Below, one piece after another: positions 1 through 8,201 of a DNA stretch of 16,306 nt. Under the pieces are notes generated by a model, which saw nothing but the letters and a program-made list of their open reading frames with translations, was not told the DNA's origin and did not search any database. The DNA is from a virus. Its lineage: Duplodnaviria > Heunggongvirae > Uroviricota > Caudoviricetes. Location: the IMG/VR virus record IMGVR_UViG_2563366964_000003. One strand, written 5' to 3'. Within the stretch, counting starts at the first letter, position 1; every line of letters begins with the position of its first letter. Position numbers and translations under genes: made by a program.

Positions 1-1284
1 TTACTTCTTCGCCTCTGCAACCACTTTACTACCCACGCCGCGGTTATTGTATTCCCACATGCGGTTGTAGTTAGTGTCATTCAGATTGCGCTGTATTTCG
101 TCGTTATCATCTACGCTGCCGGTATTACCCGCAAACGGACGATTAGAGATCACCGCATCGGCCCACGGTTTAGCCGTGTTAAAACCTTCGTTGATGGCGC
201 TATCACGGATCACCACCTGACCGTTGGTATTGGCATCAACATCCAGCGAGCGGCCCAGTTGCGCCACACCATCACCGAAAGCATTGAAACGGCTGTTTAC
301 GGCGAGGAAACCGTAGTAAATGTTGGACAGCGTAGCCGGTGCAAACACATACGCTTCTTGCTGAGTACGTGAGTTCACCACGCGGAATTCGGTGTTATCG
401 AACACCACTGCGCCGCGACCAGAAACGATATCCACATCCCCTTCAATGTAGCTGTTGGTCACCAGCGTACGCGGCTGACGATTTGTTTCCAGACGGTTCT
501 GCACACCGCTGTTGGTGACAAAGAAGGTGTTCTGACGACCGAGAATGTTAACGTTGTTAATCTGTACCTGGTCACCATCAGTACGCAGTGCCACCGCCGG
601 ATGGTTACCTGCATCTACGCTATCGCCCAGCGTGTTTTCGATGGTCAGATTTTGCAGTTGCAGGCCATTGTTTTGTGACCAGAAGACCGCAGAGCAGAGA
701 ACACCGATACTGTCGCTGCGTTTGCTCTGGCAGCTATCGTACATATACCACGCTGGTTTACCTGGCATATATTTGCCGCGCGGGTTGACGTCGTGACGCC
801 AGTCGGCAGGGCTCATGCCACCATCAAGGGAAAGCCCAATCTTCACATCAATCGGTTTTTCACCTGTACCGTACAGAGTAATTCCACCCGGAGCGGCAGG
901 GACATATACCGTTCCCTGATACTCACCAGGCATCACGGCAATATACTGGCGCTTGTTGGTACGCTTGATAATTGCCGCATCTACCGCCGCCTGAATCGTG
1001 GTATGCGTTACACCTTGAGTGCCCGCCGGGCCGACAACAAAGTCAGGTTGCGCAGGCAGGGTAATCGGGGAAGGATTCCACGCTGCAGCACCTGGTGTCA
1101 GGGATGCAAAATAGTGTTGAGCATCGAAATTCTGCGCTTCTTTTGCCGACAGAATCGGGCGAGAAGAGGTACCAGGCGCGGTTTGATCAGAAGGACGTTG
1201 ATCGGGCGGGGTTGAGCTACAGGCGGTCAGCGTCACGCCAAAAGCCAATGCCAGCGCCAGACGGGAAACTGAAAATGTGTTCAC
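1..1284 (-). CDS. ybhC: YbhC, pectinesterase-family outer-membrane lipoprotein (putative acyl-CoA thioesterase); complete 427 aa with lipobox LTAC
   Basis: Full-length ORF whose translation matches remembered E. coli YbhC; signal peptide plus lipobox; known neighbour of attλ. Confidence 0.9.
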   Translation of the reverse strand: MNTFSVSRLALALAFGVTLTACSSTPPDQRPSDQTAPGTSSRPILSAKEAQNFDAQHYFASLTPGAAAWNPSPITLPAQPDFVVGPAGTQGVTHTTIQAAVDAAIIKRTNKRQYIAVMPGEYQGTVYVPAAPGGITLYGTGEKPIDVKIGLSLDGGMSPADWRHDVNPRGKYMPGKPAWYMYDSCQSKRSDSIGVLCSAVFWSQNNGLQLQNLTIENTLGDSVDAGNHPAVALRTDGDQVQINNVNILGRQNTFFVTNSGVQNRLETNRQPRTLVTNSYIEGDVDIVSGRGAVVFDNTEFRVVNSRTQQEAYVFAPATLSNIYYGFLAVNSRFNAFGDGVAQLGRSLDVDANTNGQVVIRDSAINEGFNTAKPWADAVISNRPFAGNTGSVDDNDEIQRNLNDTNYNRMWEYNNRGVGSKVVAEAKK

Positions 1285-1330
1285 AGGTTGCTCCGGGCTA
1301 TGAAATAGAAAAATGAATCCGTTGAAGCCT

Positions 1331-1415
1331 GCTTTTTTATACTAAGTTGGCATTATAAAAAAGCATTGCTTATCAATTTGTTGCAACGAACAGGTCACTA
1401 TCAGTCAAAATAAAA
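1331..1415. other. attL: Prophage attL (B-O-P'): 15-bp λ att core GCTTTTTTATACTAA at 1331-1345, followed by P' arm with IHF H'-like site (tatcaatttgttg) and Int arm-type sites (aggtcactat, cagtcaaaat)
   Basis: Exact λ core sequence directly between host ybhC and phage int; P' arm motifs read directly from sequence. Confidence 0.85.
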
Positions 1416-1418
1416 TCA

Positions 1419-2489
1419 TTATTTGATTTCAATTTTGTCCCACTCCCTGCCTCTGTCATCACGATACTGTGATGCCATGGTGTCCGACTTATGCCCGAGA
1501 AGATGTTGAGCAAATTTATCGCTTATCTGCTTCTCATAGAGTCTTGCAGACAAACTGCGCAACTCGTGAAAGGTTGGCGGATCCCCTTCGAAGGAGAGAC
1601 CTGATGCTTTTCGTGCGCGCATAAAATACCTTGATACTGTGCCGGATGAAAGCGGTTCACGACGAGTAGATGCAATTATGGTTTCTCCGCCAAGAATCTT
1701 TTTGCATTTATCAAGTGTTTCCTTCATTGATATCCCGAGAGCATCAACATGCAATGTTGTTGGGATGGCAATTTTTACGCCTGTTTTGCTTTGCTCGACA
1801 TAAAGATATCCATCTACGATATCAGACCACTTCATTTCGCATAAATCACCAACTCGCTGCCCGGTAACAACAGCCAGTTCCATTGCAAGTCTAAGCCAAC
1901 ATGGTGATGATTCTGCTGCTTGATAAATTTTCAGGTATTCGTCAGCCGTAAGTCTTGATCTCCTTACCTCTGATTTTGCAGCGCGAGTGGCTGCGACCGG
2001 GTTTGTTGTTATATGGCCTTCAGCCATAGCCTCTCGGAATGCATCGCTCAGTGTTGATCTGATTAACTTGGCTGATGCCGCCTTTCCCTCGTCTATGTAT
2101 CCATTGAGCATTGCCGCAATTTCTTTTGTGGTGATGTCTTCAAGTGGAGCATCAGGCAGACCCCTCCTTATTGCTTTAATTTTGCTCATGTAATTTATGA
2201 GTGTCTTCTGCTTGATTCCTCTGCTGGCCAGGATTTTTTCGTAGCGATCAAGCCATGAATGTAACGTAACGGAATTATCACTGTTGATTCTCGCTGTCAG
2301 AGGCTTGTGTTTGTGTCCTGAAAATAACTCAATGTTGGCCTGTATAGCTTCAGTGATTGCGATTCGCCTGTCTCGGCCTAATCCAAACTCTTTACCCGTC
2401 CTTGGGTCCCTGTAGCAGTAATATCCATTGTTTCTTATATAAAGGTTAGGGGGTAAATCCCGGCGCTCATGACTTCGCCTTCTTCCCAT
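1419..2489 (-). CDS. int: Phage λ-type integrase (tyrosine recombinase), 356 aa
   Basis: Translation MGRRRSHERRDLPPNLYIRNNGYYCYRDPRTGKEF... matches λ Int from memory essentially throughout; adjacent to attL. Confidence 0.97.
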   Translation of the reverse strand: MGRRRSHERRDLPPNLYIRNNGYYCYRDPRTGKEFGLGRDRRIAITEAIQANIELFSGHKHKPLTARINSDNSVTLHSWLDRYEKILASRGIKQKTLINYMSKIKAIRRGLPDAPLEDITTKEIAAMLNGYIDEGKAASAKLIRSTLSDAFREAMAEGHITTNPVAATRAAKSEVRRSRLTADEYLKIYQAAESSPCWLRLAMELAVVTGQRVGDLCEMKWSDIVDGYLYVEQSKTGVKIAIPTTLHVDALGISMKETLDKCKKILGGETIIASTRREPLSSGTVSRYFMRARKASGLSFEGDPPTFHELRSLSARLYEKQISDKFAQHLLGHKSDTMASQYRDDRGREWDKIEIK

Positions 2490-2685
2490 TTCTGATCCTC
2501 TTCAAAAGGCTACCTGTTACTGGTCGATTTAAGTCAACCTTTACCGCTGATTCGTGGAACAGATATTCTCTTCCATCCTTAACCGGAGGAGGGAATATCC
2601 TGCATTCGCGCACCCATCGACGAACTGTTTCAAGGCTTCTTGGGCGTCGCTGGCGAGCGTTCCACTCCTGAAGTGTCAAGTACAT
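2467..2685 (-). CDS. xis: Excisionase Xis, 72 aa
   Basis: Translation MYLTLQEWNARQRRPRSLETVRRWVRECRIF... matches λ Xis; 23-bp overlap with int as in λ. Confidence 0.95.
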   Translation of the reverse strand: MYLTLQEWNARQRRPRSLETVRRWVRECRIFPPPVKDGREYLFHESAVKVDLNRPVTGSLLKRIRNGKKAKS

Positions 2686-2712
2686 CGCAAAGTCTCCGCA
2701 ATTACACGCAAG

Positions 2713-2733
2713 AAAAAACCGCCATCAGGCGGC
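2713..2733 (-). terminator. Putative intrinsic terminator on the minus strand (GC stem ccgcc/ggcgg, loop, then U6 tract), overlapping the stop of the 55-aa ORF
   Basis: Minus-strand RNA reads gccgccugauggcgg followed by uuuuuucu. Confidence 0.4.
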
Positions 2734-2892
2734 TTGGTGTTCTTTCAGTTCTTCAATTCGAATATTGGTTATGTCTGCATGTGCTATCTGCGCCCATATC
2801 ATCCAGTGGTCATAGCAGTCATTGATGTTCTCTGCTTCGATAACTCTGTTGAATGGTTCTCCATTCCATTCACCTGTGACTCGGAAGTGCAT
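2725..2892 (-). CDS. Small hypothetical protein, 55 aa (MHFRVTGEWNGEPFNRVIEAENINDCYDHWMIWAQIAHADITNIRIEELKEHQAA), in the position of a λ orf55-like gene upstream of xis
   Basis: ATG preceded by GGAG Shine-Dalgarno at about 8 nt; not in the ORF track because under 60 aa; stop codon lies in a terminator-like hairpin. Confidence 0.5.
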   Translation of the reverse strand: MHFRVTGEWNGEPFNRVIEAENINDCYDHWMIWAQIAHADITNIRIEELKEHQAA

Positions 2893-2968
2893 TTATCATC
2901 TCCATAAAACAAAACTCGCCGTAGCGAGTTCAGATATAATTTCCACCAAAGGCAGTAGTTGCTGATGC

Positions 2969-2976
2969 TAAGAATT
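2969..2976. repeat. Left copy of the 8-bp target-site duplication TAAGAATT flanking IS1
   Basis: Identical 8-mer immediately outside both IS1 ends. Confidence 0.75.
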
Positions 2977-3031
2977 GGTGATGCTGCCAACTTACTGATT
3001 TAGTGTATGATGGTGTTTTTGAGGTGCTCCA

Positions 3032-3307
3032 GTGGCTTCTGTTTCTATCAGCTGTCCCTCCTGTTCAGCTACTGACGGGGTGGTGCGTAACGGCAAAAGC
3101 ACTGCCGGACATCAGCGCTATCTCTGCTCTCACTGCCGTAAAACATGGCAACTGCAGTTCACTTACACCGCTTCTCAACCCGGTACGCACCAGAAAATCA
3201 TTGATATGGCCATGAATGGCGTTGGATGCCGGGCAACCGCCCGCATTATGGGCGTTGGCCTCAACACGATTTTCCGCCATTTAAAAAACTCAGGCCGCAG
3301 TCGGTAA
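3032..3307 (+). CDS. insA: IS1 InsA (transposition repressor / N-terminal part of the InsAB' transposase), 91 aa
   Basis: Translation [43 protein letters not shown]... is canonical InsA. Confidence 0.92.
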   Translation: MASVSISCPSCSATDGVVRNGKSTAGHQRYLCSHCRKTWQLQFTYTASQPGTHQKIIDMAMNGVGCRATARIMGVGLNTIFRHLKNSGRSR

Positions 3308-3729
3308 CCTCGCGCATACAGCCGGGCAGTGACGTCATCGTCTGCGCGGAAATGGACGAACAGTGGGGATACGTCGGGGCTAAATCGCGCCAGCGCTGGC
3401 TGTTTTACGCGTATGACAGGCTCCGGAAGACGGTTGTTGCGCACGTATTCGGTGAACGCACTATGGCGACGCTGGGGCGTCTTATGAGCCTGCTGTCACC
3501 CTTTGACGTGGTGATATGGATGACGGATGGCTGGCCGCTGTATGAATCCCGCCTGAAGGGAAAGCTGCACGTAATCAGCAAGCGATATACGCAGCGAATT
3601 GAGCGGCATAACCTGAATCTGAGGCAGCACCTGGCACGGCTGGGACGGAAGTCGCTGTCGTTCTCAAAATCGGTGGAGCTGCATGACAAAGTCATCGGGC
3701 ATTATCTGAACATAAAACACTATCAATAA
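3226..3729 (+). CDS. insB: IS1 insB reading frame (expressed as the InsAB' transposase by -1 frameshift at the A6C motif, about 3285-3291)
   Basis: Translation ...[50 protein letters not shown]... is canonical InsB; slippery aaaaaac present in the insA/insB overlap. Confidence 0.88.
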   Translation: MPGNRPHYGRWPQHDFPPFKKLRPQSVTSRIQPGSDVIVCAEMDEQWGYVGAKSRQRWLFYAYDRLRKTVVAHVFGERTMATLGRLMSLLSPFDVVIWMTDGWPLYESRLKGKLHVISKRYTQRIERHNLNLRQHLARLGRKSLSFSKSVELHDKVIGHYLNIKHYQ

Positions 3730-3744
3730 GTTGGAGTCATTACC

Positions 3745-3752
3745 TAAGAATT
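3745..3752. repeat. Right copy of the 8-bp target-site duplication TAAGAATT flanking IS1
   Basis: Identical to 2969-2976; overlaps the stop codon of the 142-aa gene. Confidence 0.75.
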
Positions 3753-4179
3753 ATTCAATATCTATTCCTGTAATATCTTTTATCTTTTTCCTTGCAAAGC
3801 CTTTTGCTAGTGATTTTGAAACACTTATTAGTGTACTAATTCCCTCATCCTTAAAGTTTGTTTTTATAGTTTGCCAGACCTCCTTTTGACGCAAGTCAGC
3901 AATAAAATCATGCCCTCTTGCTGTCAACCTCAGTGGTACTTCGATCCAACTATATCCAACACCTTCCCCTAACTCGTTGGACATTATATGACCGAACCCA
4001 GGTTTTCCATCAACCCTGACTATTAATTCGTAGTCGCATAATAATCGCATATGGAAAATAAAATTTTGGTCATATCTATTAAAGCCATTATCCTCTAGTT
4101 CACTAAGCATCGTGTCAGGGCCATGAGTTTTTTCGAATGCGATAAGTAGATCTTTTAGATATTGCTGGTCTAATTTCAT
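3751..4179 (-). CDS. Hypothetical prophage accessory protein, 142 aa, no family recognised with certainty (possibly a DUF2513-like winged-helix phage protein)
   Basis: Clean ORF with strong GGAGG Shine-Dalgarno 6-7 nt upstream of ATG; lies in an AT-rich accessory segment of the leftward operon. Confidence 0.65.
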   Translation of the reverse strand: MKLDQQYLKDLLIAFEKTHGPDTMLSELEDNGFNRYDQNFIFHMRLLCDYELIVRVDGKPGFGHIMSNELGEGVGYSWIEVPLRLTARGHDFIADLRQKEVWQTIKTNFKDEGISTLISVSKSLAKGFARKKIKDITGIDIE

Positions 4180-4207
4180 TGCCGCCTCCGTGACATGTCA
4201 CAGAGAT

Positions 4208-4546
4208 TTATATCATTAATTTTGTTTCGTGCCAGCCTTTGGTCACCCAGCATTGTGAGTCACCATTACACGGGCATGAATTAACAGGAACTCTCTCGCC
4301 GCACTTACCGCAACGTTTTCTGCTGATCGATTTTATACGCCAGCGCACACGTGCATCATCCTGGCGGCTCAGTAACGCGATGTACTCACCAAACTCGTAA
4401 GGCGCATGCCTGAAGCGGCGCGTGGCTCAGTTACGATCCAGCATTTCAATTTCCTGAGCATCAAGTACAAGCTCCAGCTTACGCATACCGGATGATGCTT
4501 GCTTGGCTCTCTGATCGACTTTGCGCTCTGCTGATGATTTAGCCAT
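4208..4546 (-). pseudogene. Opal-interrupted small ORF: 39 codons (MAKSSAERKVDQRAKQASSGMRKLELVLDAQEIEMLDRN), in-frame TGA at 4427-4429, then 72 further in-frame codons ending in a CxxC...CxC zinc-ribbon-like tail; possibly ea8.5-like
   Basis: AGGAAA Shine-Dalgarno before the ATG; open reading continues in the same frame after the TGA to TAA at 4208-4210. Confidence 0.45.
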
Positions 4547-4740
4547 TCTGCTTTTCCTGCATTAGGAGAAAGACAATCATGGCGGCGCGGATACTTCCGG
4601 TATCTTTTTACTCGATATTACCCTTCAATGGCACATACAAGAAGAGAGCCATCAACAGGAGTGAGTGAGGAATCGACAACCAGCAACGCTTAATTATCTA
4701 TAGTGTCGTATTTGCTTCATAAAATATGGCGAATAACACA

Positions 4741-4778
4741 AAGCCCGCAGCAGCTCATTGTGCGGGCTTTTCTTATAC
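4741..4778. terminator. Intrinsic terminator hairpin (aagcccgca ... tgcgggctt) with T-rich tails on both strands; likely terminates the 4840-5454 gene
   Basis: 9-bp perfect stem followed by ttttcttat on plus and by a U-rich run on minus; about 65 nt downstream of the minus-strand stop at 4840. Confidence 0.5.
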
Positions 4779-4839
4779 ATACTTCCTAGAGATAATTCTA
4801 TGGAGGCATTAAATTAATACTGTCATTGGTAATATCATA

Positions 4840-5454
4840 TTATCTAAAAGTCTTTCCACTTTTAACGTCTAGGTATATTCTGTTCGACAACGTCATTCCT
4901 CCGCAATATGTGAAATAGATGTTTTTCCCCTTATTGCTTGATGCCATCCACCCTCCGATTTCCTTAAAGTCGCTTTCCGTGCAGACCCCTTCGTTTATTA
5001 ACTTCCTAGCTGCCGAAGAAAACTCTTTTTTGTATATACGGTAGTCATCAGATCCTTTGATTAAAGTATCATCTCCGCTCGCATTTTCAGCAGGATCTGA
5101 TGGCCTTTCACTGCTAAGATCACTAAGTTTAACCCATTCTGAAAACTTGCCATTGACGATTCCGTTTTTTCTTGTGCAGGATTTATTACCTTCTTTAATA
5201 TATTCGCTTTCCCCTCCCACACATGAGGCTGAATATGGCTCAGTTATACGAACCCATTCACCTTTTTTTTCTAGAAAATCTACGCCTTCCCTGAAAAATA
5301 GTTTCCCAGCCACTCCACATTTACTTGAAGGGCAGGTATGTCTTTCCGTTCGATCAACAACAACCCAAAGTCTTGATTCATTTTTTGCCATTGCCGATGG
5401 TATTTGAGATGAGACAATTAACGTAAGCCCTAAAATTAGTATTGATTTTTTCAT
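4840..5454 (-). CDS. Secreted or periplasmic hypothetical protein, 204 aa, with signal peptide (MKKSILILGLTLIVSSQIPSAMA) and six cysteines
   Basis: Sec-type signal peptide with AMA-K cleavage motif; AAGGAA Shine-Dalgarno; own terminator; AT-rich codon usage unlike flanking λ genes. Confidence 0.7.
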   Translation of the reverse strand: MKKSILILGLTLIVSSQIPSAMAKNESRLWVVVDRTERHTCPSSKCGVAGKLFFREGVDFLEKKGEWVRITEPYSASCVGGESEYIKEGNKSCTRKNGIVNGKFSEWVKLSDLSSERPSDPAENASGDDTLIKGSDDYRIYKKEFSSAARKLINEGVCTESDFKEIGGWMASSNKGKNIYFTYCGGMTLSNRIYLDVKSGKTFR

Positions 5455-5752
5455 TGTAATTTCCTTTTACTTTTTACAAAGCGTTTAATCATGGCTGATT
5501 ATCTTTAAGCGTAGTAACAGCCTTGTGCGAAACATGTTACCAAATCGCCATTTCAGTGTATCCGCAGTTAGGCTGCCACTTCAAGGATTCCTAATTACAT
5601 GGTACGTAAGCGTAAAATCCCGTTGGTTGTCGGGTAATAACTCTGATCAAATCTCCCTTGTCTTTTGCTCTTACGTATGCAGCTCTTGTGTATTCAACCC
5701 AGGCCTCCAGTTCAGCAATACGCTTACTTCCATCCGAGATAACACCTTCTAC

Positions 5753-6004
5753 TCACGCTGCTCGTTGAGTTTTGATTTTTGCTGTCTCCAGCTCAACACG
5801 CAGTTTCCTCACCGTTAGCGCAATATCCTCGTTCTCCTGGTCGCGGCGTTTGATGTACTGCTGGTTTCTTTCCCGTTCATCCAGCAGTGTCAGCACAATC
5901 GATGGTGTTACCAGCTCATGGAAAAGGTCCGCGTCAAATCCCCAGTTGTCATGCATTGCCTGCTCTGCCGCTTCACGCAGTGCCTGAGAGTGAATTACGC
6001 TCAC
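5753..6004 (-). CDS. Hypothetical early-left protein, 83 aa as written, in the position of λ ea22; frame stays open for 50 more codons after the TGA stop (to 5592), so this may be an opal-truncated longer gene
   Basis: GTG start overlapping the upstream stop (GTGA coupling); coiled-coil-like C-terminus; in-frame continuation read by hand. Confidence 0.55.
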   Translation of the reverse strand: MSVIHSQALREAAEQAMHDNWGFDADLFHELVTPSIVLTLLDERERNQQYIKRRDQENEDIALTVRKLRVELETAKIKTQRAA

Positions 6005-6222
6005 TTCGAACCTCTCTGTTTACTGATAAGTTCCAGATCCTCCTGGCAACTTGCACAAGTCCGACAACCCTGAACGGCCAGGCGTCTTCGTTCATCTATC
6101 GGATCGCCACACTCACAACAATGAGTGGCAGATATAGCCTGGTGGTTCAGGCGGCGCATTTTTATTGCTGTGTTGCGCTGTAATTCTTCAATTTCTGATG
6201 CTGAATCAATGATGTCTGCCAT
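6001..6222 (-). CDS. DksA/TraR-family C4 zinc-finger protein, 73 aa (λ Orf73-like)
   Basis: CxxC ... CxxC spacing (CCECGDPI ... CRTCASC) and size typical of TraR; location in the leftward early operon. Confidence 0.8.
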   Translation of the reverse strand: MADIIDSASEIEELQRNTAIKMRRLNHQAISATHCCECGDPIDERRRLAVQGCRTCASCQEDLELISKQRGSK

Positions 6223-6320
6223 CTTTCATTAATCCCTGAATTGTTGGTTAATACGCTTGAGGGTGAATGCGAATAATAAAAAAGGAGCCTGTAGCTCCCT
6301 GATGATTTTGCTTTTCATGT

Positions 6321-6602
6321 TCACCGTTCCTTAAAAACGCCGTTTAACATGCCGATTGCTAGACTTAAATGAGTCGGTGTGAATCCCATCAGCGTTACCG
6401 TTTCGCGGTGCTTCTTCAGTACGCTACGGCAAATGTCATCGACGTTTTTATCCGGAAACTGCTGTCTGGCTTTTTTGATTTCAGAATTAGCCTGACGGGC
6501 AATGCTGCGAAGGGCGTTTTCCTGCTGAGGTGTCACTGAACAAGCCCCATGTCGGCAAGCATAAGCACACAGAATATGAAGCCCGCTGCCAGAAAAATGC
6601 AT
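6321..6602 (-). CDS. Hypothetical small early-left protein (93 aa from the first ATG; true start may be internal)
   Basis: ORF in the same orientation and operon as exo and the TraR-like gene; no recognisable domain; weak Shine-Dalgarno at the first ATG. Confidence 0.4.
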   Translation of the reverse strand: MHFSGSGLHILCAYACRHGACSVTPQQENALRSIARQANSEIKKARQQFPDKNVDDICRSVLKKHRETVTLMGFTPTHLSLAIGMLNGVFKER

Positions 6603-6612
6603 TCAGTGGTTG

Positions 6613-6804
6613 TCATACCTGGTCTCTCTCATCTGCTTCTGCTTTCGCCACCATCATTTCCAGTTTTTGTGAAAGGGATGTGGCTAACGTATGAAATTCT
6701 TCGTCTGTTTCTACTGGTATTGGCACAAACCTGATTCCAATTTGAGCAAGGCTATGTGCCATCTCGATACTCGTTCTTAACTCAACAGGAGATGCTTTGT
6801 GCAT
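6613..6804 (-). CDS. Small early-left protein, 63 aa (position and size of λ orf63)
   Basis: ORF of 63 codons immediately downstream of the orf60a-like ORF in the leftward operon. Confidence 0.5.
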   Translation of the reverse strand: MHKASPVELRTSIEMAHSLAQIGIRFVPIPVETDEEFHTLATSLSQKLEMMVAKAEADERDQV

Positions 6805-6965
6805 ACAGCCCCTCGTTTATTATTTATCTCCTCAGCCAGCCGCTGTGCTTTCAGTGGATTTCGGATAACAGAAAGGCCGGGAAATACCCAGCCTCGCTTT
6901 GTAACGGAGTAGACGAAAGTGATTGCGCCTACCCGGATATTATCGTGAGGATGCGTCATCGCCAT
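6777..6965 (-). CDS. Small early-left protein, 62 aa (position of λ orf60a), start overlapping the exo stop
   Basis: ORF directly following exo in the same orientation; short overlaps typical of the λ operon. Confidence 0.45.
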   Translation of the reverse strand: MAMTHPHDNIRVGAITFVYSVTKRGWVFPGLSVIRNPLKAQRLAEEINNKRGAVCTKHLLLS

Positions 6966-7636
6966 TGCTCCCCAAATACAAAACCAATTTCAGCCAGTGC
7001 CTCGTCCATTTTTTCGATGAACACCGGCACCATCTCGTCAAAACTCGCCATGTACTTTTCATCCCGCTCAACCACGACATAATGCAGTCCTTCACGCTTC
7101 ATACGCGGGTCATAGTTGGCAAAGTACCAGGCATCTTTTCGTGTCACCCACATGCTGTACTGCACCTGGGCCATGTAAGCCGACTTTATGGCCTCGAAAC
7201 CACCGAGCCGGAACTTCATGAAATCCCGGGAGGTAAACGGGCATTTCAGCTCAAGGCCATTGCCGTCACTGCATAAACCATCGGGAGAGCAGGCGGTGCG
7301 CATACTTTCGTCGCGATAGATGATCGGGGATTCAGTAACATTCACGCCGGAAGTGAATTCAAACAGGGTTCTGGCGTCGTTCTCGTACTGTTTTCCCCAT
7401 GCCAGCGCCTTAGCATTAACTTCCGGAGCCACACCGGTGCAAACCTCAGCCAGCAGGGTGTGGAAGTAGGACATTTTCATGTCAGGCCACTTCTTTCCTG
7501 AGCGGGGCTTGGCTATCACGTTGTGAACTTCTGAAGCGGTGATGACGCCGAGCCGTAATTTGTGCCATGCATCATCCCCCTGTTCGACAGCTCTCACGTC
7601 GATCCCGGTACGCTGCAGGATAATGTCCGGTGTCAT
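6956..7636 (-). CDS. exo: λ exonuclease (Redα), 226 aa, intact
   Basis: Translation [50 protein letters not shown]... matches λ Exo over its full length. Confidence 0.97.
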   Translation of the reverse strand: MTPDIILQRTGIDVRAVEQGDDAWHKLRLGVITASEVHNVIAKPRSGKKWPDMKMSYFHTLLAEVCTGVAPEVNAKALAWGKQYENDARTLFEFTSGVNVTESPIIYRDESMRTACSPDGLCSDGNGLELKCPFTSRDFMKFRLGGFEAIKSAYMAQVQYSMWVTRKDAWYFANYDPRMKREGLHYVVVERDEKYMASFDEMVPVFIEKMDEALAEIGFVFGEQWR

Positions 7637-8079
7637 GCTGCCACCTTCTGCTCAGTGGCTTTCTGTTTCAGGAATCCAAGAGCTTTCACTGCTTCGGCCT
7701 GTGTCAGTTCTGACGATGCGCGAATGTCGCGGCGAAATATCTGGGAACAGAGCGGCAATAAGTCGTCATCCCATGTTTTGTCCAGGGCAATCAGCAGAGT
7801 GTTAATCTCCTGCATGGTTTCATCGTTAACCGGAGTAATGTCGCGTTCCGGCTGACGTTCTGCGGTGTATGCGGTATTTTCGACAATGCGCTCGGCTTCA
7901 TCCTTGTCATAGATACCAGCAAATCCGAAGGCCAGACGGGCACACTGAATCATGGCTTTATGCCGTAACATCCGTTTGGGATGCGACTGCCACGGCCCCG
8001 TAATTTCTCTGCCTTCGCGGGTTTTGAATGGTTCGCGGCGGCATTCATCCATCCACTCGGTAACGCAGATCGGATGATT
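7633..8079 (-). pseudogene. bet: bet (Redβ) 3' fragment: C-terminal part only (...NHPICVTEWMDECRREPFKTREGREITGPW...KVAA); N-terminal third missing
   Basis: C-terminal translation matches λ Bet; upstream of codon N (8079-8077) the frame hits TAG and homology to Bet is lost. Confidence 0.9.
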
Positions 8080-8201
8080 ACCGGTTCGCTACCAGGGAAG
8101 AACGGGAAGGAAAGGTGAGCACGAATCTGATTTTCAAGGAGTGTCGCCAGAGTGCCGCGATGAAGCGGGTGTTGGCATTTTATCGCGGCAATTTTCAATA
8201 G
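8079..8201 (+). pseudogene. ren: ren 3' remnant (encodes ...YRFATREEREGKVSTNLIFKECRQSAAMKRVLAFYRGNFQ), fused directly to the bet truncation point
   Basis: Plus-strand frame matches my recollection of the λ Ren C-terminus (YRFATREEREGKMSTNLVFKECRQSAAMKRVLA...); recall-based. Confidence 0.6.

Larger units (their letters stand above)
2977..3744 (+). mobile_element. IS1: Insertion sequence IS1, complete 768 bp, with terminal inverted repeats (GGTGATGCTGCCAACTTACTGAT at the left end, ATCAATAAGTTGGAGTCATTACC at the right end)
   Basis: Ends and internal insA/insB match IS1 from memory; length 768 bp; flanked by direct repeats. Confidence 0.95.

Noticed and set aside
545-1316. Several plus-strand ORFs (83, 66, 140 and 73 aa)
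   Set aside because: All lie antisense within ybhC, which has a full-length convincing translation.
3065-3695. Minus-strand ORFs (71, 89 and 96 aa) inside IS1
   Set aside because: Antisense to insA/insB within a canonical IS1; not known IS1 products.
7539-7855. 88-aa and 97-aa plus-strand ORFs
   Set aside because: Antisense to exo and bet, both of which have strong protein matches.
7950-8198. 82-aa minus-strand ORF spanning the bet/ren junction
   Set aside because: Chimeric frame crossing a deletion breakpoint and overlapping the true bet frame; no independent support.
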